Of a stretch of 64,000 bases of DNA, positions 36,103 through 45,666 are shown in pieces. The notes below the pieces were generated by a model. The model did no database searches, was not told where the DNA came from, and was given only the letters and a program-made list of their open reading frames with translations. Both the position numbers and the translations under genes were made by a program. The stretch lies in the NCBI GenBank assembly GCA_013822125.1, contig PNJY01000001.1, forward strand, positions 16,700 to 80,699, written 5' to 3'. Numbering within the stretch: the stretch's first letter is position 1; the number at the start of each line of letters is the position of its first letter. The DNA is from Erythrobacter sp. Its GTDB lineage: Bacteria; Pseudomonadota; Alphaproteobacteria; Sphingomonadales; Sphingomonadaceae.

Positions 36103-36453
36103 CTAGATGACCACGAAGGTGCCATTCAGGGCGCTGGCAGCTACCCTTACGGCCTCATGCAGCGCGATCGTGTGCTTTTGCCGGGGCATTTCTTGCCCGT
36201 TTAGCTGCCGCCTCGCGGTCTGATCACCGATTTCCACGGTCACGCTGCTCGCACCATTGGCGATGGCATCTGTAAGGCAGGACAACACTGCCAAATAGTA
36301 GGCAACGTGATTGCTGCATCTCGGGATGTTCCAGTTCCTTCTTTTGCCGTTGACCGTCACCTCGATCTTCGGCCGAAGGTCACCGTTCTTGAAGACTGAG
36401 ACTTGAACGGCATAATGCATCGTTGGTCCGGTGGCAGGCGAACTTGAAGTCAC
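36103..36453 (-). CDS. small RNase HI-like (RVT_3-type) protein, probably degenerate
   Basis: SNHVAYYLAVLSCL..A...GASSVTVEIGDQ...QLNG parallels TNN.AEY.AL..GL...G...V.V.GDS...Q..G; GTG start at 36453 with AGGGA RBS (ATG 36420 is an alternative). Confidence 0.55.
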   Translation of the reverse strand: MTSSSPATGPTMHYAVQVSVFKNGDLRPKIEVTVNGKRRNWNIPRCSNHVAYYLAVLSCLTDAIANGASSVTVEIGDQTARRQLNGQEMPRQKHTIALHEAVRVAASALNGTFVVI

Positions 36454-36543
36454 TGGTTTTTCCCTTTGGCGAGTACAGGCAAATAACTGATAGGTAGAGA
36501 TAATTGTTGGCAGCGGGTTTGAGACCCTGCGGCCAGCACCTAC

Positions 36544-36945
36544 GTGGTCGCGCTTATGCGAACGCGTTTCGAGGCAGAACCAGAAGCGCCATGGGATGGG
36601 CCAAATGCTCTCGGTCCAAGCAGCATGACAGGTTTTGACGTGTTGGACTGCGATACTCCTTTCATGGAAGAAGGAGCATCGCAGATGGCTTACTGGGACC
36701 TGGGAATGAAGCATATCGTCGACGTTGACGGGCAGCTGCTCGCGATCGACGCGGATGTCATCGATACGACCCGCCTGCTTGAAAGGGCCAATCGGCCAGC
36801 GGACAGCCACCTCGCCATGGTACGGGCCGGCGAGCGCATCCTGCTCCAGCCCCGGCAGTTGATCCGGCTTCCCGTCGATGAAGTTCTCTTCTTTGAAACG
36901 AACGAAAATTCAGTGCATTATGGCGAGCGCCGTCTGGCGGCGTAG
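36544..36945 (+). CDS. hypothetical protein
   Basis: ORF ends just before the DUF2235 operon; start uncertain. Confidence 0.45.
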   Translation: MVALMRTRFEAEPEAPWDGPNALGPSSMTGFDVLDCDTPFMEEGASQMAYWDLGMKHIVDVDGQLLAIDADVIDTTRLLERANRPADSHLAMVRAGERILLQPRQLIRLPVDEVLFFETNENSVHYGERRLAA

Positions 36946-36983
36946 GGCGACGCAAACGCATGGTCTGAGGAAGAGGAGGTGGT

Positions 36984-38423
36984 GTGATGCAGACTGAGGG
37001 TGCTTCAGGGAAAAACATCATCATCTTCTCGGACGGCACCGGGCAGTATGGCGGTGTGCTGCCGGATCAGCGATTGTCCAACATCTACAAGATGTACCGT
37101 GCCATGCGCCCCGGCACGCAGACCAGCTTCGATCCCGCTCATCAGGTTGCCTACTACGATCCCGGCCTTGGGTCAGGCGAACTGAGTGGCAGGGTGCGGA
37201 ACATTCTCGCAGCTGCATTCGGGACGGGGATCAGCGAGAACATCATCGATTGCTACGAAGCCATCTTGCGTCACTATGAGGATGGCGACCGGATCTTCCT
37301 GTTCGGCTTCAGCCGGGGCGCCTACACCGCCCGGAGCGTTGCCAACGTGATGAATCTGTGCGGGGTTCCGCGCCATGACAAAGGCGGAAAGCCGCTTCCG
37401 ACCGGCGGCGTCGCCCTGCGCAAGATCGCGGAAGAAGCGGTCTACCGCGTCTATGAGCATGGCTCTGGCAAGGATCGCGCAAGGTATGAACCGGAGCGCG
37501 AGGAACTGGCACGGCGCTTCAGGCTGAAGTACGGAAGCGAAGGACAGGGTGCCAAGGGCGAGTCCCAAGGCAATGTCGCCCCGACGTTTATCGGCGTGTT
37601 CGACACGGTCGCAGCTCTCGGAACGGTGATCGTCAAGAGAGTGCTCTTCGTCCTGGCGGTGCTGAGCGGAGTGCTCGGACTTGCCGCGTGGATGAGCGAC
37701 CTTCTTCTCACCTGGAAAATCCTCGCTTCGATTCCGGCAATGTTCTTTGCCGGGAGCTGGGGCTGGGCGGCGAAGAAGCAGTTCAAATTCATCGGGAACC
37801 CGCCGCAAGGCGGAAAGGTGAGCTGGCACTTCGCGGCCTGGAACCTCAAGCATTACGACCGCTTTCTCGACAGCAGCGTGGGCTACGCCAGGCACGCGCT
37901 CTCCATCGATGAAAACCGAAAGCGCTTCCCCCGGGTAGGCTGGGCTAACGGCGGCGATGCCCTCAAGCAGGATCGTGGGCCACTTGAGTGGCTGAAGCAG
38001 GAGTGGTTCGCGGGCAATCACTCCGACATCGGTGGGAGCTATCCGGAAGACGAATCCCGCCTTTCCGATATCGCCTTGCGGTGGATGATCGATGAACTGA
38101 AATCGATCCCGAACCCTCCACTAATCGATGAGCGCTTTGTGCAAACCTTTCCCGACCCGCTGGGGATCCAGCATGACGAGGTCAGGGCCAGCTTGGAGCT
38201 CTGGCCGCGCTTTTGGCCGAAATGGGCAAGGTTTGGTTGGTCGGCCGAGACCAGAAAGATCAACCCAGAAGCGGCCCTACATGAGAGCGTCCTTGCCCGC
38301 TTTGCTGCAGCGTCCGTACCCCAATATGACCAGCGGGCTCCCTATCGGCCGGAAAACCTTCGTGGGCACCTCAGCACACAGCGCTATTTCTCGGCGTGCG
38401 AAGCAAGCCACGAAGAAATTTGA
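36984..38423 (+). CDS. DUF2235 (Tle1-like alpha/beta hydrolase, putative phospholipase) with internal TM hairpin
   Basis: KNIIIFSDGT, YYDPGLG, FGFSRGAYTARS, GVFDTV, RHALSIDE.R, WFAGNHSDIGG; hydrophobic insert RVLFVLAVLSGVLGLAAW... Confidence 0.9.
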   Translation: MMQTEGASGKNIIIFSDGTGQYGGVLPDQRLSNIYKMYRAMRPGTQTSFDPAHQVAYYDPGLGSGELSGRVRNILAAAFGTGISENIIDCYEAILRHYEDGDRIFLFGFSRGAYTARSVANVMNLCGVPRHDKGGKPLPTGGVALRKIAEEAVYRVYEHGSGKDRARYEPEREELARRFRLKYGSEGQGAKGESQGNVAPTFIGVFDTVAALGTVIVKRVLFVLAVLSGVLGLAAWMSDLLLTWKILASIPAMFFAGSWGWAAKKQFKFIGNPPQGGKVSWHFAAWNLKHYDRFLDSSVGYARHALSIDENRKRFPRVGWANGGDALKQDRGPLEWLKQEWFAGNHSDIGGSYPEDESRLSDIALRWMIDELKSIPNPPLIDERFVQTFPDPLGIQHDEVRASLELWPRFWPKWARFGWSAETRKINPEAALHESVLARFAAASVPQYDQRAPYRPENLRGHLSTQRYFSACEASHEEI

Positions 38424-38481
38424 CATACTTCCCCAACGACTCGGTGCAGGATTGGGCGAGGCTACAAGACGGAGCGGAGCG

Positions 38482-39513
38482 ATGAGGTTGCTTTTCGTAA
38501 GCCTGGGGCTCAGCCTTGCCATGACTGCGGCCCCTGTGGCGGCGCAGCGGTTCGTGTGCAGCGGGGCAACAAACTCGCCCTATCCGCAGTTCGTCGCAAC
38601 GTATCACGATCATCAACGTGTCGCACCATCCGGACGGGGGCTGTCTGATAAGTTCACCGCCTTCTCGACCGTGTTCGACGATGCGGACGACGACGATGGC
38701 GATGGGCAGCCCGATCTGCGCCTTAATCCCGAATACGTGGTCTACGAGCTGCGCGGTCTCGCACCGGGCCGCAGTGGCAATTACGACGAGCCTCCCGTCT
38801 CCATCGACCGGCCCAACAAGTGGTACGCCTCTCCGGGCCTCGTCCCCTTGGTCGAGGCAATACAGGGCGCCACCAATCGCCGCATCGATGACAGCTACAG
38901 CGGCGCAGCGACAGTCTGGAACCGCGGGCATCTGGCGATGAGCGACCACGCGCAGCGCATCAGCCCCGAGGCTGGCTGCAACACCCACGTGTTCTGGAAT
39001 GCCTCGCCCCAGGCAGCAGACCTCAATCAGGGTCCGTGGCTGCATCTCGAGAACTACACCGCCGCCGCCTCGAACAAGTATCGCAGCATCTGGGTGATCG
39101 CAGGGCCGATCTTTGACCCCGCCACGCCCACGCTCACGATCGGCGATCCGGGAGAGCTGAAGGTCGAGATCCCGGACGCCTTCTTCAAGATCCTCATCCA
39201 CGAAAGTCCCTCGGGCATCGATACGCTGGCCTTCATCTTCGAGCAGCCCAACGCGCTCGGCGCCGACGGCAAGCCTGTGCCGACACAGGCATGGGTCAAC
39301 TGCAAGCGGGCACGTCAGGTGGGGCATGTCTATGATCATCGCCCCAACCTCGTGGCAATCGCGGACATCGAGCGGCGCACTGGGCTGAAGTTTTTCCCGG
39401 ATCGTCAGGATCGACAAGCGCTCCTGAGCAAGCGGGCGCGGGAGGTCTGGCCCGTCGAGACCCGTTTCTGGGATAGCAGTGCGCCCTGCGGCGGACAGCG
39501 CGGTCATCCCTAG
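38482..39513 (+). CDS. secreted DNA/RNA non-specific endonuclease
   Basis: Signal peptide; NRGHL (DRGH-type) motif, NASPQ...LNQGPW..LE, VEIPDAFFKIL, DIERRTGLKFF. Confidence 0.85.
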   Translation: MRLLFVSLGLSLAMTAAPVAAQRFVCSGATNSPYPQFVATYHDHQRVAPSGRGLSDKFTAFSTVFDDADDDDGDGQPDLRLNPEYVVYELRGLAPGRSGNYDEPPVSIDRPNKWYASPGLVPLVEAIQGATNRRIDDSYSGAATVWNRGHLAMSDHAQRISPEAGCNTHVFWNASPQAADLNQGPWLHLENYTAAASNKYRSIWVIAGPIFDPATPTLTIGDPGELKVEIPDAFFKILIHESPSGIDTLAFIFEQPNALGADGKPVPTQAWVNCKRARQVGHVYDHRPNLVAIADIERRTGLKFFPDRQDRQALLSKRAREVWPVETRFWDSSAPCGGQRGHP

Positions 39514-39527
39514 GGGGAGGGGAGGGC

Positions 39528-40655
39528 ATGCCCAAGAACATTGTCATCCTGCTCGACGGCACGTCGAACGAGATCGAAGAGGACCGCACCAATATCCTGC
39601 GGCTCTACGGCGTACTTGAGAAAAACAGTGATCAACTGGTCTACTATGATCCGGGTGTCGGAACCTTCGGTGCCGGCGGATCTTGGTCACGGATTTGGCG
39701 CAAGGCGAACGAGATCTGGGGGCTCGCCACGGGCTGGGGCCTCGATGACAATGTGAAGCAGGCCTATCGATTCCTTGTCGAGAACTATGACAACGGAAAG
39801 AAGACCGAAGGCGAGCAGCGTGACGCTATCTACATTTTCGGTTTCAGTCGCGGGGCCTATTCGGCCCGGGTGCTTGCCGGCTTCATCAATGCGGTTGGCC
39901 TCATCGAGCCGCGGAATCTCAATCTGCTCGAATATGCCTACCGGGCATACAAATCGATTGGAGAAAAACAGGGTGACAATGCGTTTGCTGAGGTTCGCCT
40001 TTACGAACGCATCCTCAGGCCCGATCGACCTCCCATCAGAATGCTCGGTCTCTTCGATACGGTTGCGTCGGTTATCGAAGCCGGGCGCTTTGGTCCACGC
40101 CTCACCTCGCATGCCTTTACGAAGAAGAACCCCAGCGTAGAAAGTGTCTACCATGCAGTCGCCCTCGACGAGCGCCGCACCATGTTCCGGCCCCTGCTCT
40201 GGCCTGCTGGTGAAGAATATCGCGGTAATCCAGTTAGGCGAGGGTCCGCGCCCAAGCAGGATGTCCATGAAGTCTGGTTCGCCGGCGGACATGGTGACGT
40301 AGGCGGAGGGTACCCCGAGGCCGACAGTGCGCTTTGCAAGGTCCCGCTCGTCTGGATGATTGAGGGAGCCCGACGGTGCGGGCTTAAGTTCCGCCAGCAA
40401 AGCATCAACGCGCTTGTACTCGGCAAGCGCAAGGACACAGATTATGTCGCGCCTGATCCCCTTGGGAAATCCCACAACACGATGACATGGGGATGGGCGA
40501 TCCTCGAGTTTCTCCCGCGTCGTAAGCCGGAGTTCTCATCGAGACCCGCCATATTCGGCTTCTCCATTCCATTCTTCGAGCGTCGGCATGTGCCGACGGA
40601 TGCCGTCTTGCATCAGTCGGTTCAGGCCCGGCGACAGGCAAATCTGAGCTCCTGA
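39528..40655 (+). CDS. DUF2235 (Tle1-like alpha/beta hydrolase)
   Basis: KNIVILLDGT, YYDPGVGT, FGFSRGAYSAR, GLFDTV, HAVALDERR, WFAGGHGDVGG. Confidence 0.92.
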   Translation: MPKNIVILLDGTSNEIEEDRTNILRLYGVLEKNSDQLVYYDPGVGTFGAGGSWSRIWRKANEIWGLATGWGLDDNVKQAYRFLVENYDNGKKTEGEQRDAIYIFGFSRGAYSARVLAGFINAVGLIEPRNLNLLEYAYRAYKSIGEKQGDNAFAEVRLYERILRPDRPPIRMLGLFDTVASVIEAGRFGPRLTSHAFTKKNPSVESVYHAVALDERRTMFRPLLWPAGEEYRGNPVRRGSAPKQDVHEVWFAGGHGDVGGGYPEADSALCKVPLVWMIEGARRCGLKFRQQSINALVLGKRKDTDYVAPDPLGKSHNTMTWGWAILEFLPRRKPEFSSRPAIFGFSIPFFERRHVPTDAVLHQSVQARRQANLSS

Positions 40656-40946
40656 TGCGAGGCGGCGGCGCAGAAAATCGATCAGGAGGGAGGCCCAGGG
40701 CGCGGCTGCACCTTGAACAACAGGTGCGTCATGACCCCCATTCATGTCGGTGCTTAAATGCCATGGGGCCTGATCTTGATAAGCAGTCGCCCATCTATTA
40801 ACTTATTGACTGAGAATGTTTTTCATCGAGAAGCGCTGATCTGCGTAGCAAGCGGGAGGCCTCAGGAGTTCAGACGCCACGGCGAAAGCAGTCTTTCCTA
40901 CAAACTTCCTCAAGCACGCATTCGCGCATGCAAACGGAGACGCACA

Positions 40947-41546
40947 ATGGCACGACGCACTTTCTTCTCGTTTCACTATCAACCCGATGTCTGGAGGGCA
41001 TGGAACGTCCGCAACAGCTGGGTCGTGCAGAACGAAAAGGAGAGCGAGGGCTTTTTCGACGGCAGTGTGTTCGAGTCGAAGAAGCGTGAGAGCGACGATG
41101 CCCTCAAGCGATTCCTGACCGACGGTCTGAAGAATACCTCGGTGACCTGCGTGCTCACCGGATCGGCAACCGCAAGCCGACGCTGGGTGCGTTATGAGAT
41201 CGCACGCAGTGTCCTGAAGGGCAATGGTCTGCTGACAGTCGACATCCATGGGGTGAAAGACGAGGATGGTAAGACGTCGGCCAAAGGATCAGATCCTCTC
41301 GCATCGATGGGATTGTATCTTTTGGACGAAAAGATCTATCTTGCGGAGAATAATGCTGGAAAATGGGTGAAGTATTCGGATTATTCGCTTGCCATCCCGG
41401 CAGGCCAAATCTGGCTTCCCAAGCCGACGTCCAATGCTGTCGTCCCGCTTTCGAAGCATTGCTTACGCTATGATTACAGCGCCGAGGATGGCCGCAAGAA
41501 TCTTGGAAGCTGGATTGAGTCTGCGGCCAAGGCGGCTGGGAGGTAG
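40947..41546 (+). CDS. ThsB-like TIR domain protein (DUF1863/MTH538 type)
   Basis: RRTFFSFHYQPDVWR, TSVTCVLTG..T..RRWVRYEI (catalytic Glu), GNGLLTVDIH. Confidence 0.9.
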   Translation: MARRTFFSFHYQPDVWRAWNVRNSWVVQNEKESEGFFDGSVFESKKRESDDALKRFLTDGLKNTSVTCVLTGSATASRRWVRYEIARSVLKGNGLLTVDIHGVKDEDGKTSAKGSDPLASMGLYLLDEKIYLAENNAGKWVKYSDYSLAIPAGQIWLPKPTSNAVVPLSKHCLRYDYSAEDGRKNLGSWIESAAKAAGR

Positions 41547-41551
41547 CGTTC

Positions 41552-42709
41552 GTGGCCCTCTATGAGCTCCTCATCCTCGGCGATCCGGAACCCTGGCAAG
41601 TAACCGCTCTGACGGATCGCTTCGCCGAAGCGGCACAGGCTTTCGAGTTGGATGTCCCGCATAAACTTGCATGGAGAACGGGGGCAGACGCCGATGAGCG
41701 GGAGCGGAAGGCTGCGACCGTGGCGGCCTTCTTCGGAGGGGATCCCGAAGCAGATCGCGAACTGGTGGCCGAATTGCAGGCGGACGAGATCCCGATAATA
41801 CCCGTCGTCGCGGCCGGTGAGCCATTCGCCGCACAAGTCCCGAACAACCTCCATGCAACCAACGGATACTTCATTCCGATCAACGACACCTCTCTCGAGG
41901 GGCTGGCAGCTGCACTGCTGGAGTGCGTCGGCTTGCTTCATGAGCAAAGGCGCGTGTTCATTAGCTATCGGCGAACCGAAGCTCGTGAAGTCGCCGTACA
42001 ACTTCATGATGTTCTCAGCGCACGCAACTTCGATGTCTTTCTCGACACCCATGACATCCGACCCGGTGCGCCCTTCCAGGAGATGTTATGGCACCGACTG
42101 GTCGATTGCGATCTTGTCATCGTCCTCGACACACCAGACTATTTCGGCAGCAAGTGGACCACCCAGGAACTGGGCCGCGCTTTGTCAAAGGGGATCCACA
42201 TCCTGCGGCTGACCTGGCCCGGGCACTCACCATCGAGGCAGTTGACCCTCGCAGACGGGCTTTCTCTCGACCATGCTGACTTCGATCAGGACAAGCGCCT
42301 GAAAGAGCGAGTGGTCGATGCAATCATCGATCGGGCCGAGCGGTTGAGGAGCCGAAGCATAGCAACCCGGCACCTTGCAATTGCCGGAAAGCTCAAGACC
42401 GAAGTCGAGCGGATCGGAGGGCAGTTCGAAGGGATCGGGGCCCATCGCCTGATGTCACTTACTCTGCCATCGGGCCGGCGGGTCTGGGCTTACCCCGTCG
42501 TGGGCATACCCACCGCAGACATGCTCAACGATGTACATCGGAAAGCCGAAAAAGCCCCTGCAAAAGGGTTCCCGCTATTAATCTATGATCACGTCGGTAT
42601 CAGAGATGCCTGGCTTGAACATCTCCAATGGCTCGACACGTATATCAGCGATGTTCGCGCCCTGAAGGTGATGGACGCAGCATGGGAGCTTGTGGCTTGG
42701 GACAGTTGA
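41552..42709 (+). CDS. TIR_2 domain protein with extra N- and C-terminal regions
   Basis: RVFISYRR, VFLD..DIRPG..FQ, LVIVLDTPDYFGSKW..QEL (catalytic Glu); GTG start 5 bp after the previous stop. Confidence 0.88.
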   Translation: MALYELLILGDPEPWQVTALTDRFAEAAQAFELDVPHKLAWRTGADADERERKAATVAAFFGGDPEADRELVAELQADEIPIIPVVAAGEPFAAQVPNNLHATNGYFIPINDTSLEGLAAALLECVGLLHEQRRVFISYRRTEAREVAVQLHDVLSARNFDVFLDTHDIRPGAPFQEMLWHRLVDCDLVIVLDTPDYFGSKWTTQELGRALSKGIHILRLTWPGHSPSRQLTLADGLSLDHADFDQDKRLKERVVDAIIDRAERLRSRSIATRHLAIAGKLKTEVERIGGQFEGIGAHRLMSLTLPSGRRVWAYPVVGIPTADMLNDVHRKAEKAPAKGFPLLIYDHVGIRDAWLEHLQWLDTYISDVRALKVMDAAWELVAWDS

Positions 42710-43359
42710 TTGGCTCAGGGGCGATCTTCCTCTCCGCCGGCGTCCCCGACCCCGGTGCTAACCACTTCCTGGGCGAGGGCGATAGCGCCGCAATTTCTGC
42801 AGCGGTTTCTGGCCTGTTGTACGTCACGCTAGGCCGCCGGCGCCTTGTCTGGGGTGGGCATCCTGCCATTACCCCCATGATCTGGTCTGTCGCAGAGGCC
42901 ATGAATGTGGACTATGGTGAGTGGGTGACGCTGTACCAGACCCTTCTGTTTGAAGATGAATTCCCCGAAGAGACGGCACGCTTCGATAATGTCGTTTTCG
43001 TCGAAGCGGTCGGGACGGATCGAGAGCAGAGCCTCGAGAAGATGCGCAAGCGGATGCTAGGCGAAACACGGTTCGAGGCAGCTGTTTTCATCGGCGGAAT
43101 GGCTGGGATCATGAATGAGTACGAAATGATCCAGGCGTCAGGAGCTTCTGTCAAAATGATCCCGGTGGCCTCCACAGGAGGTGCGGCCGCGATCCTGCAT
43201 CAACAGCTCGGCGCCGATCCTATGCTTGTTGATGAGCTCGACTATGTTGCATTGTTTCATAAGGCTCTAGCCATCGATCCCAACGAGCGGCGTTACCGTG
43301 TTCCAAGCGAGCAGCCGGAAACGCAAGCTGAGCGGATCTCAATTCCAACACGGAAGTAA
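42706..43359 (+). CDS. standalone SLOG-superfamily protein
   Basis: AIFLSAGVP, LVWGGHPAITP, SLEKMRKRM, AAVFIGGMAGI..EYE, PVASTGGAA; TTGA overlap with the TIR gene (ATG 42682 is an alternative). Confidence 0.8.
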   Translation: MIGSGAIFLSAGVPDPGANHFLGEGDSAAISAAVSGLLYVTLGRRRLVWGGHPAITPMIWSVAEAMNVDYGEWVTLYQTLLFEDEFPEETARFDNVVFVEAVGTDREQSLEKMRKRMLGETRFEAAVFIGGMAGIMNEYEMIQASGASVKMIPVASTGGAAAILHQQLGADPMLVDELDYVALFHKALAIDPNERRYRVPSEQPETQAERISIPTRK

Positions 43360-44155
43360 GAACCAGAATATACGAGCCAAACCGAATCGCTTCATGCGAC
43401 CCTCCCTTTGCTGACAGCTACGACAAGTTTCTGGCTGAACGCCGCGGATTTGCCCTGTTCCGAAGCCTCCAATGATCGGCACATTTGCCGTCGCCTTTCC
43501 CGCTTGAGGCACCCGAACGGAATTCGGGCTTGAACGCCCCGATGTGGCAGCCATGAGACGCTTGAATGCCCGTTCAGATAACTTTGCAACGAAAGTCCGG
43601 AGGGGGCGGCAATCTTGGCGATTGATCCTGTTCCATTGCAGAGCATTCCTCGTGTCCGCTCAACGGGCTTGCTGGCGACGTATTCAAGCGAGCCCGCAAG
43701 GGGCGTCTTGTCGCCCTATTCCGATCTTGTCCGCGGCGGGTCGCGCCCCGCGTTTCGCCCCTATCTACAGCCCGCCATTGAGGCAGTAATTCGTCCAAGA
43801 GCAACGGGCTGATCGCCGCGGTAAACATTCGCTGCGTATCCCGTTCGAGAATCGCATCGAGCGCTGCTTGCGGCGAGTAGGAAATCGCCATTTGCTGTTG
43901 GCGGCTCTGGCGTCTTTTGCGTCGCCGTTTGCGGCTTCCATACCTCCGCCAGGAACGATCACGCCCTGTAGGTAAACGTATCTGCGCATCTCGATCGTCA
44001 AACAAATCATGGAAATTCAGGCGCGCAGCAATCACGGCTGTTCGAGTTTCGCCGAATAGTTTATTAGAATTCCGAAAATGTTATTCTATTATGAAGTAAG
44101 TTAAAAGTGACATGAAAGGAGAAAAGAGGTGTGGAAAATGACAGTAATTTGCTTT

Positions 44156-44977
44156 TTAATTCTCGGTGAGCCATTTGGCGCCATCGCGGACAAATTTCTT
44201 TTCGAGGGGCACCAGATTGCCGTCCAAATCGGTGCAGTTGCAAAGCACGCTCAGGGTGATCGCATTGGTTCTGAGCTCAACTGCAATTTCGCCGCCGATT
44301 CCAATCCGATCCGTTTCAAGTCGGGCTGGTGTGTCATCGACAACAAGCAAGATGTCACTAGCCGGACCCAACCCGATGTTGCGGACCGTGACCCTGATAT
44401 GGCCCCTCCTTATCTGGCTGATATGGATTGCCATTGTCGGCTTGAGGGCTCCGGTACGGGTAGTCTGCAGACTGATGGCAGTGACCGCTACACCCACCGC
44501 CGCGATCAGCACGCCAAAGGCGGACATGAAGCCGATCCAGCCATTCTGACGGAAGGTTTCAAGCGCGATGCGATTTGCTGTTCTACTCAGATCAATGGTC
44601 CGGTCGGCCGTTCGGTCGCTACGCTGTTCGACAAGGCGCTGACCTTCATCACAGTCGTCTCCATTATGGGAGGAACAATCTACTTCATTTTTGCTGTTGG
44701 CCTTGCCCGCCCGATCCTCACGAGAAGCTGGCGCCGTGACGCCTGGATCGGCTATTTGACGGCCATTGGCGGCCTCTACCTCATGGCCCTCACCCAGCTG
44801 TGAGGTGGGTGCGACGTCGGGGGAGGTGCCGATCTGGCGGTACATCGCGTCGGTGTGGCCCGTAACGAGCCACAGCGCGACGAACAGGAGGGGTACGCCA
44901 ATGAAGACCGTCAATGCGAAGCCGGTTTGCCCTCGGATCAAGCGAGCAAGCAAAGCTAGAGATTCACGGGCGCGCAT
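44156..44977 (-). CDS. hypothetical membrane protein
   Basis: Two hydrophobic segments and a C-terminal TVRNIGLGPA motif; overlapped by an antisense ORF. Confidence 0.5.
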   Translation of the reverse strand: MRARESLALLARLIRGQTGFALTVFIGVPLLFVALWLVTGHTDAMYRQIGTSPDVAPTSQLGEGHEVEAANGRQIADPGVTAPASREDRAGKANSKNEVDCSSHNGDDCDEGQRLVEQRSDRTADRTIDLSRTANRIALETFRQNGWIGFMSAFGVLIAAVGVAVTAISLQTTRTGALKPTMAIHISQIRRGHIRVTVRNIGLGPASDILLVVDDTPARLETDRIGIGGEIAVELRTNAITLSVLCNCTDLDGNLVPLEKKFVRDGAKWLTEN

Positions 44978-45192
44978 TCCGGACTATCCATTAGCTTGAT
45001 CCAGCAGGAGACCGGATGCGCATGGGCTGCAGCAACGATCATCTTGCTCAAGCCTCTGCTCTGATTGACTTAAAATCCAGCAGATGGTTCCTCGGGGATG
45101 CTGCGAAGCATTGGCAGGAGGAACCCCTAGGGCTATTCTCAATCCCTTGCCTGCATCAATTCGGTCCGAGCTGTGCAAGAGATACCGGGCGA

Positions 45193-45549
45193 CTAACTTA
45201 TGGCGCCAATTGCTTGCTCATGCCGTGCCCCCCAGTCGCGCATGGCCAGAAGAATGGGCTCCAGGGTGAGGCCATAATCGGTCAACCGATACTCCACCTT
45301 CGGGGGCACCTGCGGATAGACCTTCCGCTCGATCACACCATCGGCCTCGAGTTCGCGTAGCTGGTTCGTGAGCATCTTCTGCGTCACCCCGGGGACAAGC
45401 CGCCGCAATTCGCCAAAGCGCAGGACCCCTTCCTCCATAAGCTTGAACAAGATCACTGGTTTCCACCGGCCGCCGATCACGGAGAGCGTGGCTTCGACCG
45501 AGCAGCCAAATGGAGCCTGAAATGGCGAAGTTTCAGAGGGATCGTTCAC
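45193..45549 (-). CDS. HxlR-family winged-helix regulator
   Basis: CSVEATLSVIGGRWKPVIL, RFGELRR, QKMLTNQLRELE.DG, PPKVEY.LT; GTG start with AAGGAG RBS. Confidence 0.92.
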   Translation of the reverse strand: MNDPSETSPFQAPFGCSVEATLSVIGGRWKPVILFKLMEEGVLRFGELRRLVPGVTQKMLTNQLRELEADGVIERKVYPQVPPKVEYRLTDYGLTLEPILLAMRDWGARHEQAIGAIS

Positions 45550-45666
45550 GCGGCTCGTCTCCTTGGTATCCAAAAAGTGTGTATGGCACAAAATAGTGCA
45601 TTCTTGCGCTGATCACACTGTGTGTCCAGCTTAGGCGCATCTGCAATCCCAACGGAGCACCGGCGC

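Noticed and set aside
36984-40655. Calling the DUF2235 genes T6SS effectors
   Set aside because: No vgrG, PAAR, hcp, adaptor or immunity gene in the window
40947-43359. Assigning thsA/thsB gene symbols as canonical Thoeris
   Set aside because: No SIR2 or TM-Macro ThsA is present, so symbols were withheld
43574-44035. Possible frameshifted gene remnant (faint PIN-like SPLLLDEL)
   Set aside because: Similarity too weak to call without a search
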